Program-made: the position numbers and the translations under genes | Shown here: positions 1 through 10,690 of the stretch, piece by piece | Layout: each line of letters begins with the position of its first letter | Numbering within the stretch: the stretch's first letter is position 1 | Assembly: GCA_050944155.1 (NCBI GenBank) | Contig: JBMNQN010000017.1 | Location: 1-19,395, forward strand | Reading direction: 5' to 3' | Source: Candidatus Methanomethylophilaceae archaeon | GTDB lineage: Archaea; Thermoplasmatota; Thermoplasmata; Methanomassiliicoccales; Methanomethylophilaceae | DNA length: 19,395 bases | Notes under the pieces: model-generated | What the model was told of the DNA's origin: nothing | Seen by the model: only the letters and a program-made list of their open reading frames with translations | The model's database searches: none

Positions 1-2
1 TT

Positions 3-1139
3 CCCGGAAAGGTTACCGTAAGACGCGAATCCTACGAAATCAAATCTTTCAAAGGCGACGAGACGGAAATACGCACGGAAATATCGGTGGAAGAGGGAGC
101 GGGCATAGTCGTCATAGGCGACACCGTCTCCGACAGGCTTTACCTCGCATCGGGAAACAATTTCCGTGTTTTCTGGAAGGGAAAAGAACCTCTCCGTACG
201 GAAACGGTGTATTCCGTGAAATGCAACCGCATAGGTTTCAGCACGGTGGGCCCGATAAACGGCGAGTTCATCCATTTCTCCAATTTCGGAACCGTCCGCA
301 GCGGGGAAATAGATAAGGAAGCGGAGATAACCGTAAGACCCAGACAGGTGAGCCGCAGGCTTCTGAGAGACCGCAGGCTCAGAGTACCGATGCCTCTGCC
401 GTCGGTCAGCAAAATGGGAACCAGAACCACCGACTTTCTGGAGATACGCCAGTATCTTCCCGGAGACCCTTACAGGGACATCAACTGGAAAGCGACCATA
501 AGATCGGGACGGGACGAAAGCAATCTGCTCGTCAACATCTACGAAAGAGAAGGAAACAAAAGCGTGTGGATTTTCCTCGACGGGAGGCCGCATATGAACA
601 TCGGTTCCACCGCGGACGACGCTTTCGAACACGGAATCCAGGCCGCGCACACCCTGTCCCACCTTTATCTGGCCAGAGAGTGCCGCGTAGGATTCTATAT
701 ACTGGGATCGGGGCACCTGATTACCCCGGATGTGGGAGGAAGACAGGACCACGCCATAGATTCGGAACTTAAAACCGCAAGAATATACTACAACAGGGAG
801 TCGCTGCTGAAAGCTATGACCAGATGCAGGGGTCACACCGCGGGCCAAAGTCCCCTGATTGTCGTCATAACCGTTGCGGGACCCCACAACATAGACGAAC
901 TCAGGTCGTGCACGGAAAACATGAAAACCATATTCGGAAAAAAGTCCCAGGCCATGATAGTACACATCGACGCACACCGGGTTTCCGCAGAAACCGATTC
1001 CGACTTCATGGCCGCAAGTCTGCTGGACTTGGAAGAAACGAAAATGCTGCGTTCTCTGAGAAAAAGAGCAACGGTCTGCTACTGGGACCCCATGCGGCAG
1101 GACCTGCTTACCGCACTGGTAGAGAGGGACAGGTTATGA
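3..1139 (+). CDS. DUF58 domain-containing protein (vWA-like, typically MoxR-associated); 5'-truncated by the window edge
   Basis: The frame is open from base 3 (PGKVTVRRESYEIK...), so the true start is probably upstream of the window. It carries the DUF58 hallmark FLEIRQYLPGDPYRDINWKAT, followed by LLVNIYERE...VWIFLD. Confidence 0.85.
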   Translation, partial: PGKVTVRRESYEIKSFKGDETEIRTEISVEEGAGIVVIGDTVSDRLYLASGNNFRVFWKGKEPLRTETVYSVKCNRIGFSTVGPINGEFIHFSNFGTVRSGEIDKEAEITVRPRQVSRRLLRDRRLRVPMPLPSVSKMGTRTTDFLEIRQYLPGDPYRDINWKATIRSGRDESNLLVNIYEREGNKSVWIFLDGRPHMNIGSTADDAFEHGIQAAHTLSHLYLARECRVGFYILGSGHLITPDVGGRQDHAIDSELKTARIYYNRESLLKAMTRCRGHTAGQSPLIVVITVAGPHNIDELRSCTENMKTIFGKKSQAMIVHIDAHRVSAETDSDFMAASLLDLEETKMLRSLRKRATVCYWDPMRQDLLTALVERDRL

Positions 1140-1855
1140 GTGCTCGAGACAGTATGGAATACAGGATAAGCGCTCTCGTTTTCGCTGCGGCGGCGGCCGC
1201 CGTGAGTGCGGTCACTTTTCTTTACAGCGGCATAAGCGGAATGATAAACACCGAGCTTGCCGAAATGATGTCCCAGATAGGAATCAGTGTCAGCGTCCTC
1301 ATAGTTTTCCTGCTGTGCCTTACCATACCCGCTGCTATGGCGAGCGAAAAAAGAATGAAATGGCCGATATCGTTTTCCTGGACCCTTTACGTCCCGTCCG
1401 TCATGGGTTACTCGAAAATAGACTGGGTAGAAATTTTCGGAGGGATTTCAAATCCCGAAGTTACCGCGAATCAGCTTCCGGAAGCTTTCATTCTGATGAA
1501 CGGTATTCTTCTGATTTGCGCGTCTCTTTTCCTGCGTTCCCATAAAAACGTATACGAAACGAGAAAAAATCTCCTGGAACGCGGCGGAGACGAAGAAGAG
1601 GTTAACGAAGCGTGCATAAAAAATATGAAATTCATTCTTCCGATGATTCTGGGTCCCGCCGCACTCGTTGCAATCATATGGTCGGTCACCAAGCTTATTC
1701 CTTCGGAATCCCTGGGATTCGCAGATTCGGAAATGTACGTCTGGATTTCCCTGGTGTGCGGAATAGTTCTGATGGCTCTGTTCGTATCCGCATTCCTCGG
1801 AAGAGAAAAACCGGAAACCAGAACGGATGCCGAACATACGGACGGGGACCTCTGA
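1136..1855 (+). CDS. Hypothetical multi-pass membrane protein (239 aa)
   Basis: ATG at 1136 overlaps the DUF58 TGA (ATGA). About 6 hydrophobic segments. The longer track start at 824 lies inside DUF58 and was not used. Confidence 0.8.
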   Translation: MSARDSMEYRISALVFAAAAAAVSAVTFLYSGISGMINTELAEMMSQIGISVSVLIVFLLCLTIPAAMASEKRMKWPISFSWTLYVPSVMGYSKIDWVEIFGGISNPEVTANQLPEAFILMNGILLICASLFLRSHKNVYETRKNLLERGGDEEEVNEACIKNMKFILPMILGPAALVAIIWSVTKLIPSESLGFADSEMYVWISLVCGIVLMALFVSAFLGREKPETRTDAEHTDGDL

Positions 1856-1856
1856 A

Positions 1857-2540
1857 TCAGATAAAGTCTCCTTTGACCGTAAATTCCTTTTCTTTTTTAG
1901 GTTCCTCGAGGGGTTCGAGTTTGACCTTGTTTTTGGCGTAGAATCCTTTGCACACTATGTAAACTTCCGAAGAAGAGTCTCTTGTTGCGGCCGGAGTGTA
2001 CACCTTCACCGACTGAAATCTGCTTTCGGCCTGTTCTTTCAGCTCTTCGAACATATCTCCCATGAACGCCTTCATGACCAGAATTCCGTTTTTCCTGAGA
2101 ATGCGGTCGCACACGTTCAGAGCGAATCCGCACAGATGCATCGAACGGGCGTGGTCCATGGAATAGTGTCCCGCTATGTTCGGAGCCATATCCGAAATGA
2201 CCACATCGGCTTTTCCTCCGAATCTTTCCAACAGTTCGATCATCGTGGAATCTTCGGTTACGTCTCCGACGATTGTTTCCACGCCTTCGATGGGTTTTAT
2301 GCGCCTCAGATCCACACCGATGATTTTCCCTGTGTCTCCGGTTTTTTCTTTCGCGACCTGAAGCCATCCTCCGGGGAACGCTCCCAGATCCACTACTGAA
2401 TCGCCCTCGTCGAAAATTCCGAATCTTCTGTCGATCTGTATCAGCTTATAGGCTGCCCTGGAACGGTAGCCTTCTTTTTTGGCGAGTTTGTAGTAACGCT
2501 CGTTTTTTCTTTCGGTAATCCACCTGTCGTGAAGAGACAC
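1857..2540 (-). CDS. rlmE: 23S rRNA 2'-O-methyltransferase RlmE/FtsJ family
   Basis: Motifs YRSRAAYKL, VVDLGAFPGGW, VVISDMAPN and SSEVY; the K-D-K-E tetrad pattern is present. GTG at 2540 is preferred because the track start (2588) runs through the promoter region. Confidence 0.93.
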   Translation of the reverse strand: MSLHDRWITERKNERYYKLAKKEGYRSRAAYKLIQIDRRFGIFDEGDSVVDLGAFPGGWLQVAKEKTGDTGKIIGVDLRRIKPIEGVETIVGDVTEDSTMIELLERFGGKADVVISDMAPNIAGHYSMDHARSMHLCGFALNVCDRILRKNGILVMKAFMGDMFEELKEQAESRFQSVKVYTPAATRDSSSEVYIVCKGFYAKNKVKLEPLEEPKKEKEFTVKGDFI

Positions 2541-2580
2541 GGTTCTTCCAATGCGTAGACGGATTAATCGTTTGCGGACA

Positions 2581-2593
2581 TTATACATTTAAG
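2581..2593. promoter_or_regulatory. Putative TATA elements of the divergent rlmE/purM promoter
   Basis: TTATACATTTAAG is the most TATA-like element in the 85-bp spacer and reads TATA-like on both strands. Confidence 0.4.
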
Positions 2594-2625
2594 GCAAGGC
2601 TGTTATTCCCCGCCGAGGCAGAAAT

Positions 2626-3642
2626 ATGACCGAGTGGACTTACGAAAAGGCCGGAGTAAGCATCGACAGAAAATCCAGCGCCATCGAAGCGCTCGTAGGC
2701 GAACTTACGTACCGCCGCGAAGGGCGCGGACAGAACGTGAAACAGTCCGGACTTTTTGCGAGTCTCATCGACTTCGGAGACGAGTATCTCACCCTGGCGA
2801 CCGACGGAGTCGGAACGAAACTGCTGATTGCCGAGGCAATGGGAAAGTGGGACACCGTGGGAATCGACTGCGTGGCGATGAACGTTAACGATACGATATG
2901 CGTCAACGCGGAACCCGTTGCATTCGTGGATTACATCGCCATAGCCTCCCCCGACGAAGAAATCACGAAAAGCATAGGAATCGGACTCAACAAAGGTGCG
3001 GAACTTTCCAACATGGAAATCGTTGGCGGGGAAATTGCCGTTCTTCCGGAAATCGTGAAAACTCCGGACCTTTCGGGAACCTGTCTGGGCAGAGTCGCCA
3101 AAAAAGATGTGATAACGGGTTCCGAGTGCAGAAAAGGGGATCTGATCGTAGCTTTGGAATCCTCCGGAATACACTCCAACGGTCTGACACTTGCCAGAAA
3201 AGTGTTCGATTCCGCCGGAATCGCGTTGAATGATAAAATGACAGGAATGACCGGTACCCTGGGTGAAAATCTGCTTACTCCCACGGAAATTTACGTCAAA
3301 CAGGTTCTGAAAATTACGTCTGAACACGAAGTGCACGGTCTTATCGACGTAACCGGAGGCGGGCTCCGCAATCTGCTCCGCATGAAGAAGGGGCAGCGCT
3401 ACGTGATAGACGACCCCATAAAACCCGCAGCCCTGTTCGAGGCCATTCAGAATATCGGAAACGTAACGGACGAAGAAATGTACCAGACGTTCAACATGAG
3501 CATGGGGTTCATGCTCGTCGCGCCCGAAGAAGAAGCGGAAACCATTGCGAAAGAACACCGCAATGCGAAAGTCGTCGGAAGGGTCGACGGAGGAGAGGGA
3601 GTTCTCATGGAACCCCTCGGTCTGGTTTACGACCGGTACTGA
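2626..3642 (+). CDS. purM: Phosphoribosylformylglycinamidine cyclo-ligase (AIR synthetase)
   Basis: Motifs TYEKAGVSI, ATDGVGTKL, GIDCVAMNVND, GGEIA, SSGIHSNG, LLTPTEIY and EMYQTFNM. Confidence 0.96.
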   Translation: MTEWTYEKAGVSIDRKSSAIEALVGELTYRREGRGQNVKQSGLFASLIDFGDEYLTLATDGVGTKLLIAEAMGKWDTVGIDCVAMNVNDTICVNAEPVAFVDYIAIASPDEEITKSIGIGLNKGAELSNMEIVGGEIAVLPEIVKTPDLSGTCLGRVAKKDVITGSECRKGDLIVALESSGIHSNGLTLARKVFDSAGIALNDKMTGMTGTLGENLLTPTEIYVKQVLKITSEHEVHGLIDVTGGGLRNLLRMKKGQRYVIDDPIKPAALFEAIQNIGNVTDEEMYQTFNMSMGFMLVAPEEEAETIAKEHRNAKVVGRVDGGEGVLMEPLGLVYDRY

Positions 3643-4175
3643 AGCATTGCATGGACGGCGCCGCATACGGCGCCTATCGCCGTGCAGGTTTCCAGAGAAT
3701 ATCCGCCGTCGGTGATGTCGATGTCGTATTTCGATATGGAGGCAGCCTGTCTGGGCACCCCTTTGGGACCCAATCCGAAAACCAGAAGCACGCTTTTTCC
3801 GCTCTTTATCATGTCCGTCAGTTCTCCGAGGGACGTATTTTTGGACGGATCCGGTCTGCTCGTGGTAAGAACCGGTTCTCCCAGCTGGGGCGGAAATCCT
3901 TTGGACGGGTAAGGAAACACGGAAAATCTTCCGGATTCGGCCAGCTGCACGAAATAATCTCCGTGCCTGCCGATGCTGGTGGTTCCCGCAATCCATTCGG
4001 CGATTTCGATGGGGGTTCTGCATCCTTCCGGAACCGGGAAACCGAAAAGTGCCAGATTCATGTCGTAAGCCATGGCGATGTCTCCGGTTCTCGCTATGGC
4101 TCTGCGATGGGGTTCTCTGAAATTGTTCGCGTCGTAAGAGTTGTATAAACCTACCGTGACCCGTCCGTTTCCCAT
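3627..4175 (-). CDS. DUF531 family protein (archaeal, predicted SPOUT-fold methyltransferase)
   Basis: N-terminal VTVGLYNSYD...EPHRRAIAR. C-terminal SPOUT-knot-like LLVFGLGPKGVP...DITDGGYSLETCTAIG. Confidence 0.8.
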   Translation of the reverse strand: MGNGRVTVGLYNSYDANNFREPHRRAIARTGDIAMAYDMNLALFGFPVPEGCRTPIEIAEWIAGTTSIGRHGDYFVQLAESGRFSVFPYPSKGFPPQLGEPVLTTSRPDPSKNTSLGELTDMIKSGKSVLLVFGLGPKGVPRQAASISKYDIDITDGGYSLETCTAIGAVCGAVHAMLQYRS

Positions 4176-4179
4176 GAGA

Positions 4180-4335
4180 TTACCTTTTTTCGCGGCCGAT
4201 GATGGCGTGTGCGTCTCCGTCTATGAAAAATTCCATGTTCGGATTCTCTTCCTGAAGTTTCTTTATCTCGGCCAGGGTTTCGGAAACGGTCAGGCTGCTT
4301 TTCCTGATGTCTATGAAAACTCTGCCGTCTTCCAA
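4180..4335 (-). CDS. Small hypothetical protein (51 aa, MEDGRVFIDIRKSS...IIGREKR)
   Basis: TTG start preceded by an SD-like GGGGGAA. It fills the gap between tRNA-Phe and DUF531 on the same strand and ends 4 nt before the DUF531 ATG. The longer track start overlaps the tRNA. Confidence 0.65.
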   Translation of the reverse strand: MEDGRVFIDIRKSSLTVSETLAEIKKLQEENPNMEFFIDGDAHAIIGREKR

Positions 4336-4368
4336 ACAAGTTCCCCCTGGACAAATCCGGATAATAAG

Positions 4369-4444
4369 TGGTGCCGCGAGCCGGGCTCGAACCAGCGACT
4401 TCAAGATCTTCAGTCTTGCACTCTCCCAACTGAGTTACCGCGGC
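4369..4444 (-). tRNA. tRNA-Phe (anticodon GAA), CCA encoded, no intron
   Basis: Cloverleaf folded by hand: acceptor GCCGCGG/TCGCGGC, anticodon arm CAAGA-CTGAAGA-TCTTG, T-loop TTCGAGC, ACCA end; 76 nt. Confidence 0.97.
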
Positions 4445-4469
4445 GTAAACCTCACAATGTGGGTACATC

Positions 4470-4476
4470 TTATAAA
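4470..4476 (-). promoter_or_regulatory. TATA box of tRNA-Phe
   Basis: TTTATAA on the minus strand about 25 nt upstream of the tRNA 5' end, preceded by an A-rich BRE-like stretch. Confidence 0.7.
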
Positions 4477-4484
4477 GTTTTACA

Positions 4485-4805
4485 TCAGACTTTGGGCATT
4501 TTCCCTTTCGGGACTTTCGTTTTATACGATCCGGAAGACACCATCCTGTAACAATCGATTTCCGAATTCCGCCTTATCGCATTCATGGTTCTGAACACTC
4601 CGCGCAGAACGAAGGCGGCGACCGCGGCGGATACCGCCGCAGAGATCAGCCATATCACCAGTGCCAGATAATCCGGATTGCCGTAATCCGCAGGGAAAAG
4701 TCCCACGTTTTTCAGGGAAATTACGGCTGCGGACGACGAGAGGGCGAGGACCGCGACTGCCGCAAGGGCCGCGCCGTGTCCCGCCGTCCTGAAATCCATA
4801 CTCAT
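4485..4805 (-). CDS. Small membrane protein (106 aa, two predicted TM helices, basic C-tail)
   Basis: ATG overlaps the gyrA TGA (ATGA). Two Ala/Val/Leu-rich segments, then a Lys-rich tail. Confidence 0.6.
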   Translation of the reverse strand: MSMDFRTAGHGAALAAVAVLALSSSAAVISLKNVGLFPADYGNPDYLALVIWLISAAVSAAVAAFVLRGVFRTMNAIRRNSEIDCYRMVSSGSYKTKVPKGKMPKV

Positions 4806-7363
4806 TCCTCTTCGGACCACCTGCGGGGTTCTTCTTCCTCCTCCGGAAGTTCGTATTCGGGCTCCGTCTGTTCGTACACCCTTTCGGGCGCCGCTTCGAC
4901 GGCCTCCTCGATGTCCTCTTCTTCCACGATGGGTTCCACCGCGGTGACTTTGTCCTCGCCGCGGATGTCCATGATTTTAACACCCTGGGTATTGCGGCTC
5001 GTCTCCCGTATTTCGTCGACCGAAATGCGTATGATTTTGCCTTCCGCGGAAGTGAGCATCAGTTCGTCGCCGTCGGAAACTTTCCTTACGGAAACCACAC
5101 CTCCGTTCCTTTCGTTGGTCCTGATGGTGATGACTCCTTTGGCTCCCCTGTTGGTCATACGGTAATCGTCGACGGCGGAGATCTTTCCGAACCCGTTTTC
5201 GGTAACGGTGAGAAGTCTGTCGCCGGAACGCACGACAGCCATGGAAACCGCCCTGTCCCCTTCGTTGAGGGTTATTCCCTTGACTCCGGTCGTATCCCTT
5301 CCGAGAGGCCTCACGTCGTCCTGGCTGAATCTTACGGCCTGTCCGTTCCTCGTGGCGATTATGATTTCATCGCCTTCGGTGCAGATATCCGTCGCTATGA
5401 GGGAATCTCCGTCCTGGAATTTGATGGCCTTGATTCCCTTCCTTCTGACGTTTCCGTAAGCGCTGAGCCTGGTTTTCTTGAAGATTCCGTTTTCGGTGCA
5501 GAACACCAGATATCTGTCGTCGGAGAACTCGCTCACGCATATTGTGCCCACGACGGCTTCCCCTTCTTCGAGGTCGTACAGCAGGTTGACTATGGGTTTT
5601 CCCTTGGAGTGCCTGCTGCCTTCGGGTATTCTGTATCCCTTGAGCCAGTGCAGCCGTCCGTGGTTGGTGATGAACATCACGTAATCGTGTGAACAGGCGA
5701 TGAACATGGCTTCGACGCTGTCCTCGTCTTTGGTCTGCATTCCTATGAGGCCCACGCCGCCGCGTCCCTGCTGTTTGTACGTGGACAGGGGGATTCTTTT
5801 GATGTAATCCCCGCGGGTGATGGTTATCACGACGTCTTCCCTGGGAATCAGATCTTCCTCGTCGGTGTCGATGGCGAAGGGGTTGATTTCGGTGCGGCGT
5901 TCGTCCCCGTAAGCGGTTTTCATCTGTTCGGTTTCTTCTTTGATTATCTGCCTGATACGGGATTCGTTGGCCAGAATGTCCCTGAGGTCGGCCATGGTCG
6001 CAATCAGGTCTTCGTTCTCTTTTCTGAGTCCCTCTATCTCGAGACCGGTAAGTTTCTGAAGACGCATGTCCAGAATCGCTTTCGCCTGTTCCTGGTCGAT
6101 ATCCAGAAGAGTGCACAGACCGGCGTTTGCCTCTTCGGTGCTTTCGGAACCGCGTATCAGCGCAATGGTTTCGTCCAGCATGTTCAGGGCTTTTATGAGT
6201 CCGGAAACTATGTGGTATCTCTTTTCCGCCGCGTCCAGATCGAATGCGGTTCTGCGCCTGACTACGTCGGTTCTGTGGGCTATGTGATGGTAAACCAAAT
6301 CTCTAAGGTTAAGGAATTCCGGCTTGTTGTCCACAAGTGCCAGATTGATGACCCCGAAAGTCGTCTGAAGGTTTGTTTTCTTGAAAAGATTCTCCAGAAC
6401 CACGTTTACTATGGCATCCTTGTGGAGTTCGATGACTATGCGCATCCCGTTTCTGTCGGACTCGTCCCTGAGATCGGTTATTCCTTCGATTTCCTTGTTT
6501 TTGACGCGATCCGCTATCTGCATAATCAGCGCGGATTTGTTGACCTGATACGGTATCTCGTCCACGACTATGCGGGTCTTGCCGCTGTCGGTTTCTTCCG
6601 TGTGGGTCTTTGCCCTGACCTTTATTCTTCCGCGGCCGGTGCGGTACGCGGATTCTATGCCTGCGAGACCGTAGATTATTCCTCCGGTAGGGAAGTCCGG
6701 TCCTTTGACGTATTCCATCAGGTCGTCGGAAGTTGCTTCGGGATTATCCAGCATATAGACTATGGCGTCGCATATCTCGCAGAGGTTGTGGGGAGGCATC
6801 TTGGTAGCCATTCCCACCGCTATTCCGTCCGAACCGTTTACCAGAAGATTCGGAATTTTGGACGGAAGAACCGAGGGTTCTTTCAGCGACCCGTCGTAGT
6901 TGTCGACGAAATCCACCGTTCCCTTGTCTATGTCGACGAGCATATCGCCGGCAATCTTTGCCAGACGGGCTTCGGTGTAACGCATCGCCGCGGCCGGGTC
7001 CCCGTCTATGGAACCGAAGTTTCCCTGTCCGTCCACCAAAGGATATCTCAGGGAAAACGGCTGAGCCATTCTTACCATGGAGTCGTAAGCGGCGGTGTCC
7101 CCGTGGGGGTGGTATTTAGCCAGAACTTCTCCGACGACCTTGGCGGATTTCTTATGGGGCCTGTTATAAGGCATGCCCATGTCGAACATCGCATACAGAA
7201 TCTTCCTGTGGACGGGCTTCAGTCCGTCCCTCACGTCGGGAAGCGCGCGTCCGACTATGACGCTCATGGAGTAGTCGATGTAAGAGCGTTTCATCTCCCG
7301 TTCGACTGTCTGGTCCATCAACCTTCCGTCGCGGGTTTCTTCTATGGGATTTTCTGCGGTCAT
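4802..7363 (-). CDS. gyrA: DNA gyrase subunit A
   Basis: Motifs [22 protein letters not shown] and catalytic AAMRYTE. The GyrA-box QGRGGVG and beta-pinwheel repeats (e.g. [10 protein letters not shown]) distinguish it from ParC. ATG 7363 follows an SD-like GTGAT; alternative start 7375. Confidence 0.97.
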   Translation of the reverse strand: MTAENPIEETRDGRLMDQTVEREMKRSYIDYSMSVIVGRALPDVRDGLKPVHRKILYAMFDMGMPYNRPHKKSAKVVGEVLAKYHPHGDTAAYDSMVRMAQPFSLRYPLVDGQGNFGSIDGDPAAAMRYTEARLAKIAGDMLVDIDKGTVDFVDNYDGSLKEPSVLPSKIPNLLVNGSDGIAVGMATKMPPHNLCEICDAIVYMLDNPEATSDDLMEYVKGPDFPTGGIIYGLAGIESAYRTGRGRIKVRAKTHTEETDSGKTRIVVDEIPYQVNKSALIMQIADRVKNKEIEGITDLRDESDRNGMRIVIELHKDAIVNVVLENLFKKTNLQTTFGVINLALVDNKPEFLNLRDLVYHHIAHRTDVVRRRTAFDLDAAEKRYHIVSGLIKALNMLDETIALIRGSESTEEANAGLCTLLDIDQEQAKAILDMRLQKLTGLEIEGLRKENEDLIATMADLRDILANESRIRQIIKEETEQMKTAYGDERRTEINPFAIDTDEEDLIPREDVVITITRGDYIKRIPLSTYKQQGRGGVGLIGMQTKDEDSVEAMFIACSHDYVMFITNHGRLHWLKGYRIPEGSRHSKGKPIVNLLYDLEEGEAVVGTICVSEFSDDRYLVFCTENGIFKKTRLSAYGNVRRKGIKAIKFQDGDSLIATDICTEGDEIIIATRNGQAVRFSQDDVRPLGRDTTGVKGITLNEGDRAVSMAVVRSGDRLLTVTENGFGKISAVDDYRMTNRGAKGVITIRTNERNGGVVSVRKVSDGDELMLTSAEGKIIRISVDEIRETSRNTQGVKIMDIRGEDKVTAVEPIVEEEDIEEAVEAAPERVYEQTEPEYELPEEEEEPRRWSEEE

Positions 7364-7367
7364 GGGA

Positions 7368-9314
<1,947 letters not shown>

Positions 9315-9315
9315 C

Positions 9316-9323
9316 TATATATA
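9316..9323. promoter_or_regulatory. TATA box (TATATATA), probably for gyrB-gyrA
   Basis: Palindromic TATA in the gyrB/thiC divergent spacer, about 45-55 nt upstream of the gyrB start. The direction it serves cannot be determined from sequence alone. Confidence 0.55.
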
Positions 9324-9402
9324 CGCGCGCATTATGTTACGCCCGCGCGAGCCAATCCGACAATGATGAAATACGGGTAAGCCTTTCAACGGCCGATAAC
9401 CG

Positions 9403-10689
9403 ATGAGTACTCTGATGGAGCTGGCAAAAAGAGGCGAGATTACTCCCGCCATGCGCAGAATCGCCGAGAAAGAAGGCGTTACGGAAGAATTCGTCAGAAA
9501 CGGAATAGCTTCCGGCCGCATCGCCGTACCCTGCAACCCCGTTCACGACCCGGAACCCGCCGGAATAGGCGAGGGGCTCGGAGTAAAAATAAACGTGAAC
9601 CTGGGAACGTCCCGCGACATAGCGGATCTGGATTTGGAACTGGAAAAACTGAAAGTTTCGCTGAAATACGGTGCGGATTCGATTATGGACCTGAGCACCG
9701 GCGGGGACATAGACAGCATAAGAGCCAGACTCCTGAAGGAATGCCCCGTCATGATGGGCTCCGTCCCCATATACCAGACGGGACTGACCGCCGCGAGAAA
9801 CAACGCGGTCGTGGACATGACCGAGGACGACATATTCAACGGAATAGAGAAACACGCCAAAGACGGCATGGATTTCATGACCGTCCACTGCGGAATAACC
9901 AGGGAAACCGTCGCTTGGTTAAAGAAATCCGACAGAATCATGGACGTGGTTTCCAGAGGAGGCTCGTTCCTTACCGCATGGATTCTCCATAACGAAGAAG
10001 AAAATCCTCTGTACAAAAATTACGACTATCTGCTGGAAATGGCCCGCAAGTACGAGTTCACTCTTTCTCTGGGAGACGGTTTCAGACCCGGATGCATCGC
10101 CGACGCGTCCGATCCGGCGCAGATATCGGAACTCATGACGCTCGGACGTTTGGTCCTCAGGGCCAGGGAAGCCGGCGTGCAGAGCATGGTGGAGGGGCCG
10201 GGACACGTTCCCCTCAACCAGGTGCCCATGAACGTCGAACTGGAAAAGAGGATGTGCCACGGAGCGCCTTTCTACGTCCTGGGACCTTTGGTCACCGACA
10301 TAGCGCCTGGATACGACCACATAGTGGGTGCCATTGGCGGAGCGGTGGCCGCACAGGCCGGCGCGGACTTCCTCTGCTACCTTACTCCTGCAGAACATCT
10401 CTCTCTTCCGGACATAGACGACGTGAGGGAAGGCGTGATTGCCTCGAAGATTGCAGCCCACGTGGGAGACCTGACCAGAGGGATAGGATACGAAAACGAT
10501 AACGCCATGGCGAAAGCCCGCAAAGAGCTGAACTGGAGCAAAATATTCGAACTGGGTCTCGATCCGGACAAAGCAAGAACATACAGGAACCGCGGATGCA
10601 CTAAGCTGGAAGACGGCTGTTCCATGTGCGGGGACGTGTGCGCGGTGAAAATCGTCAACCGGTACCTTACCGACAGCGTAAAGAAGTGA
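9403..10689 (+). CDS. thiC: Phosphomethylpyrimidine synthase ThiC (radical SAM, short form)
   Basis: Motifs KINVNLGTS, IMDLSTGGD, VSRGGS, LGDGFRPG, EGPGHVP, FYVLGPLVTDIAPGYDH, TPAEHL and the C-terminal CSMCGDVC (CX2CX3C) cluster motif. Confidence 0.9.
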   Translation: MSTLMELAKRGEITPAMRRIAEKEGVTEEFVRNGIASGRIAVPCNPVHDPEPAGIGEGLGVKINVNLGTSRDIADLDLELEKLKVSLKYGADSIMDLSTGGDIDSIRARLLKECPVMMGSVPIYQTGLTAARNNAVVDMTEDDIFNGIEKHAKDGMDFMTVHCGITRETVAWLKKSDRIMDVVSRGGSFLTAWILHNEEENPLYKNYDYLLEMARKYEFTLSLGDGFRPGCIADASDPAQISELMTLGRLVLRAREAGVQSMVEGPGHVPLNQVPMNVELEKRMCHGAPFYVLGPLVTDIAPGYDHIVGAIGGAVAAQAGADFLCYLTPAEHLSLPDIDDVREGVIASKIAAHVGDLTRGIGYENDNAMAKARKELNWSKIFELGLDPDKARTYRNRGCTKLEDGCSMCGDVCAVKIVNRYLTDSVKK

Positions 10690-10690
10690 C

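Noticed and set aside
2581-4023. 480-aa minus-strand ORF spanning purM and DUF531
   Set aside because: It is a shadow of purM joined to an alternate frame of DUF531 and has no recognisable motifs.
4151-4468. Track ORFs running through tRNA-Phe, including the 74-aa version starting at 4404
   Set aside because: They overlap a well-formed tRNA. The SD-supported TTG at 4335 explains the coding part.
9403-10689. Calling the ThiC homologue BzaA/B/F
   Set aside because: The segments LGDGFRPG and FYVLGPLVTD match my recollection of true ThiC rather than Bza (LGNG.RAG, YMLGP). Left as an alternative pending an HMM test.
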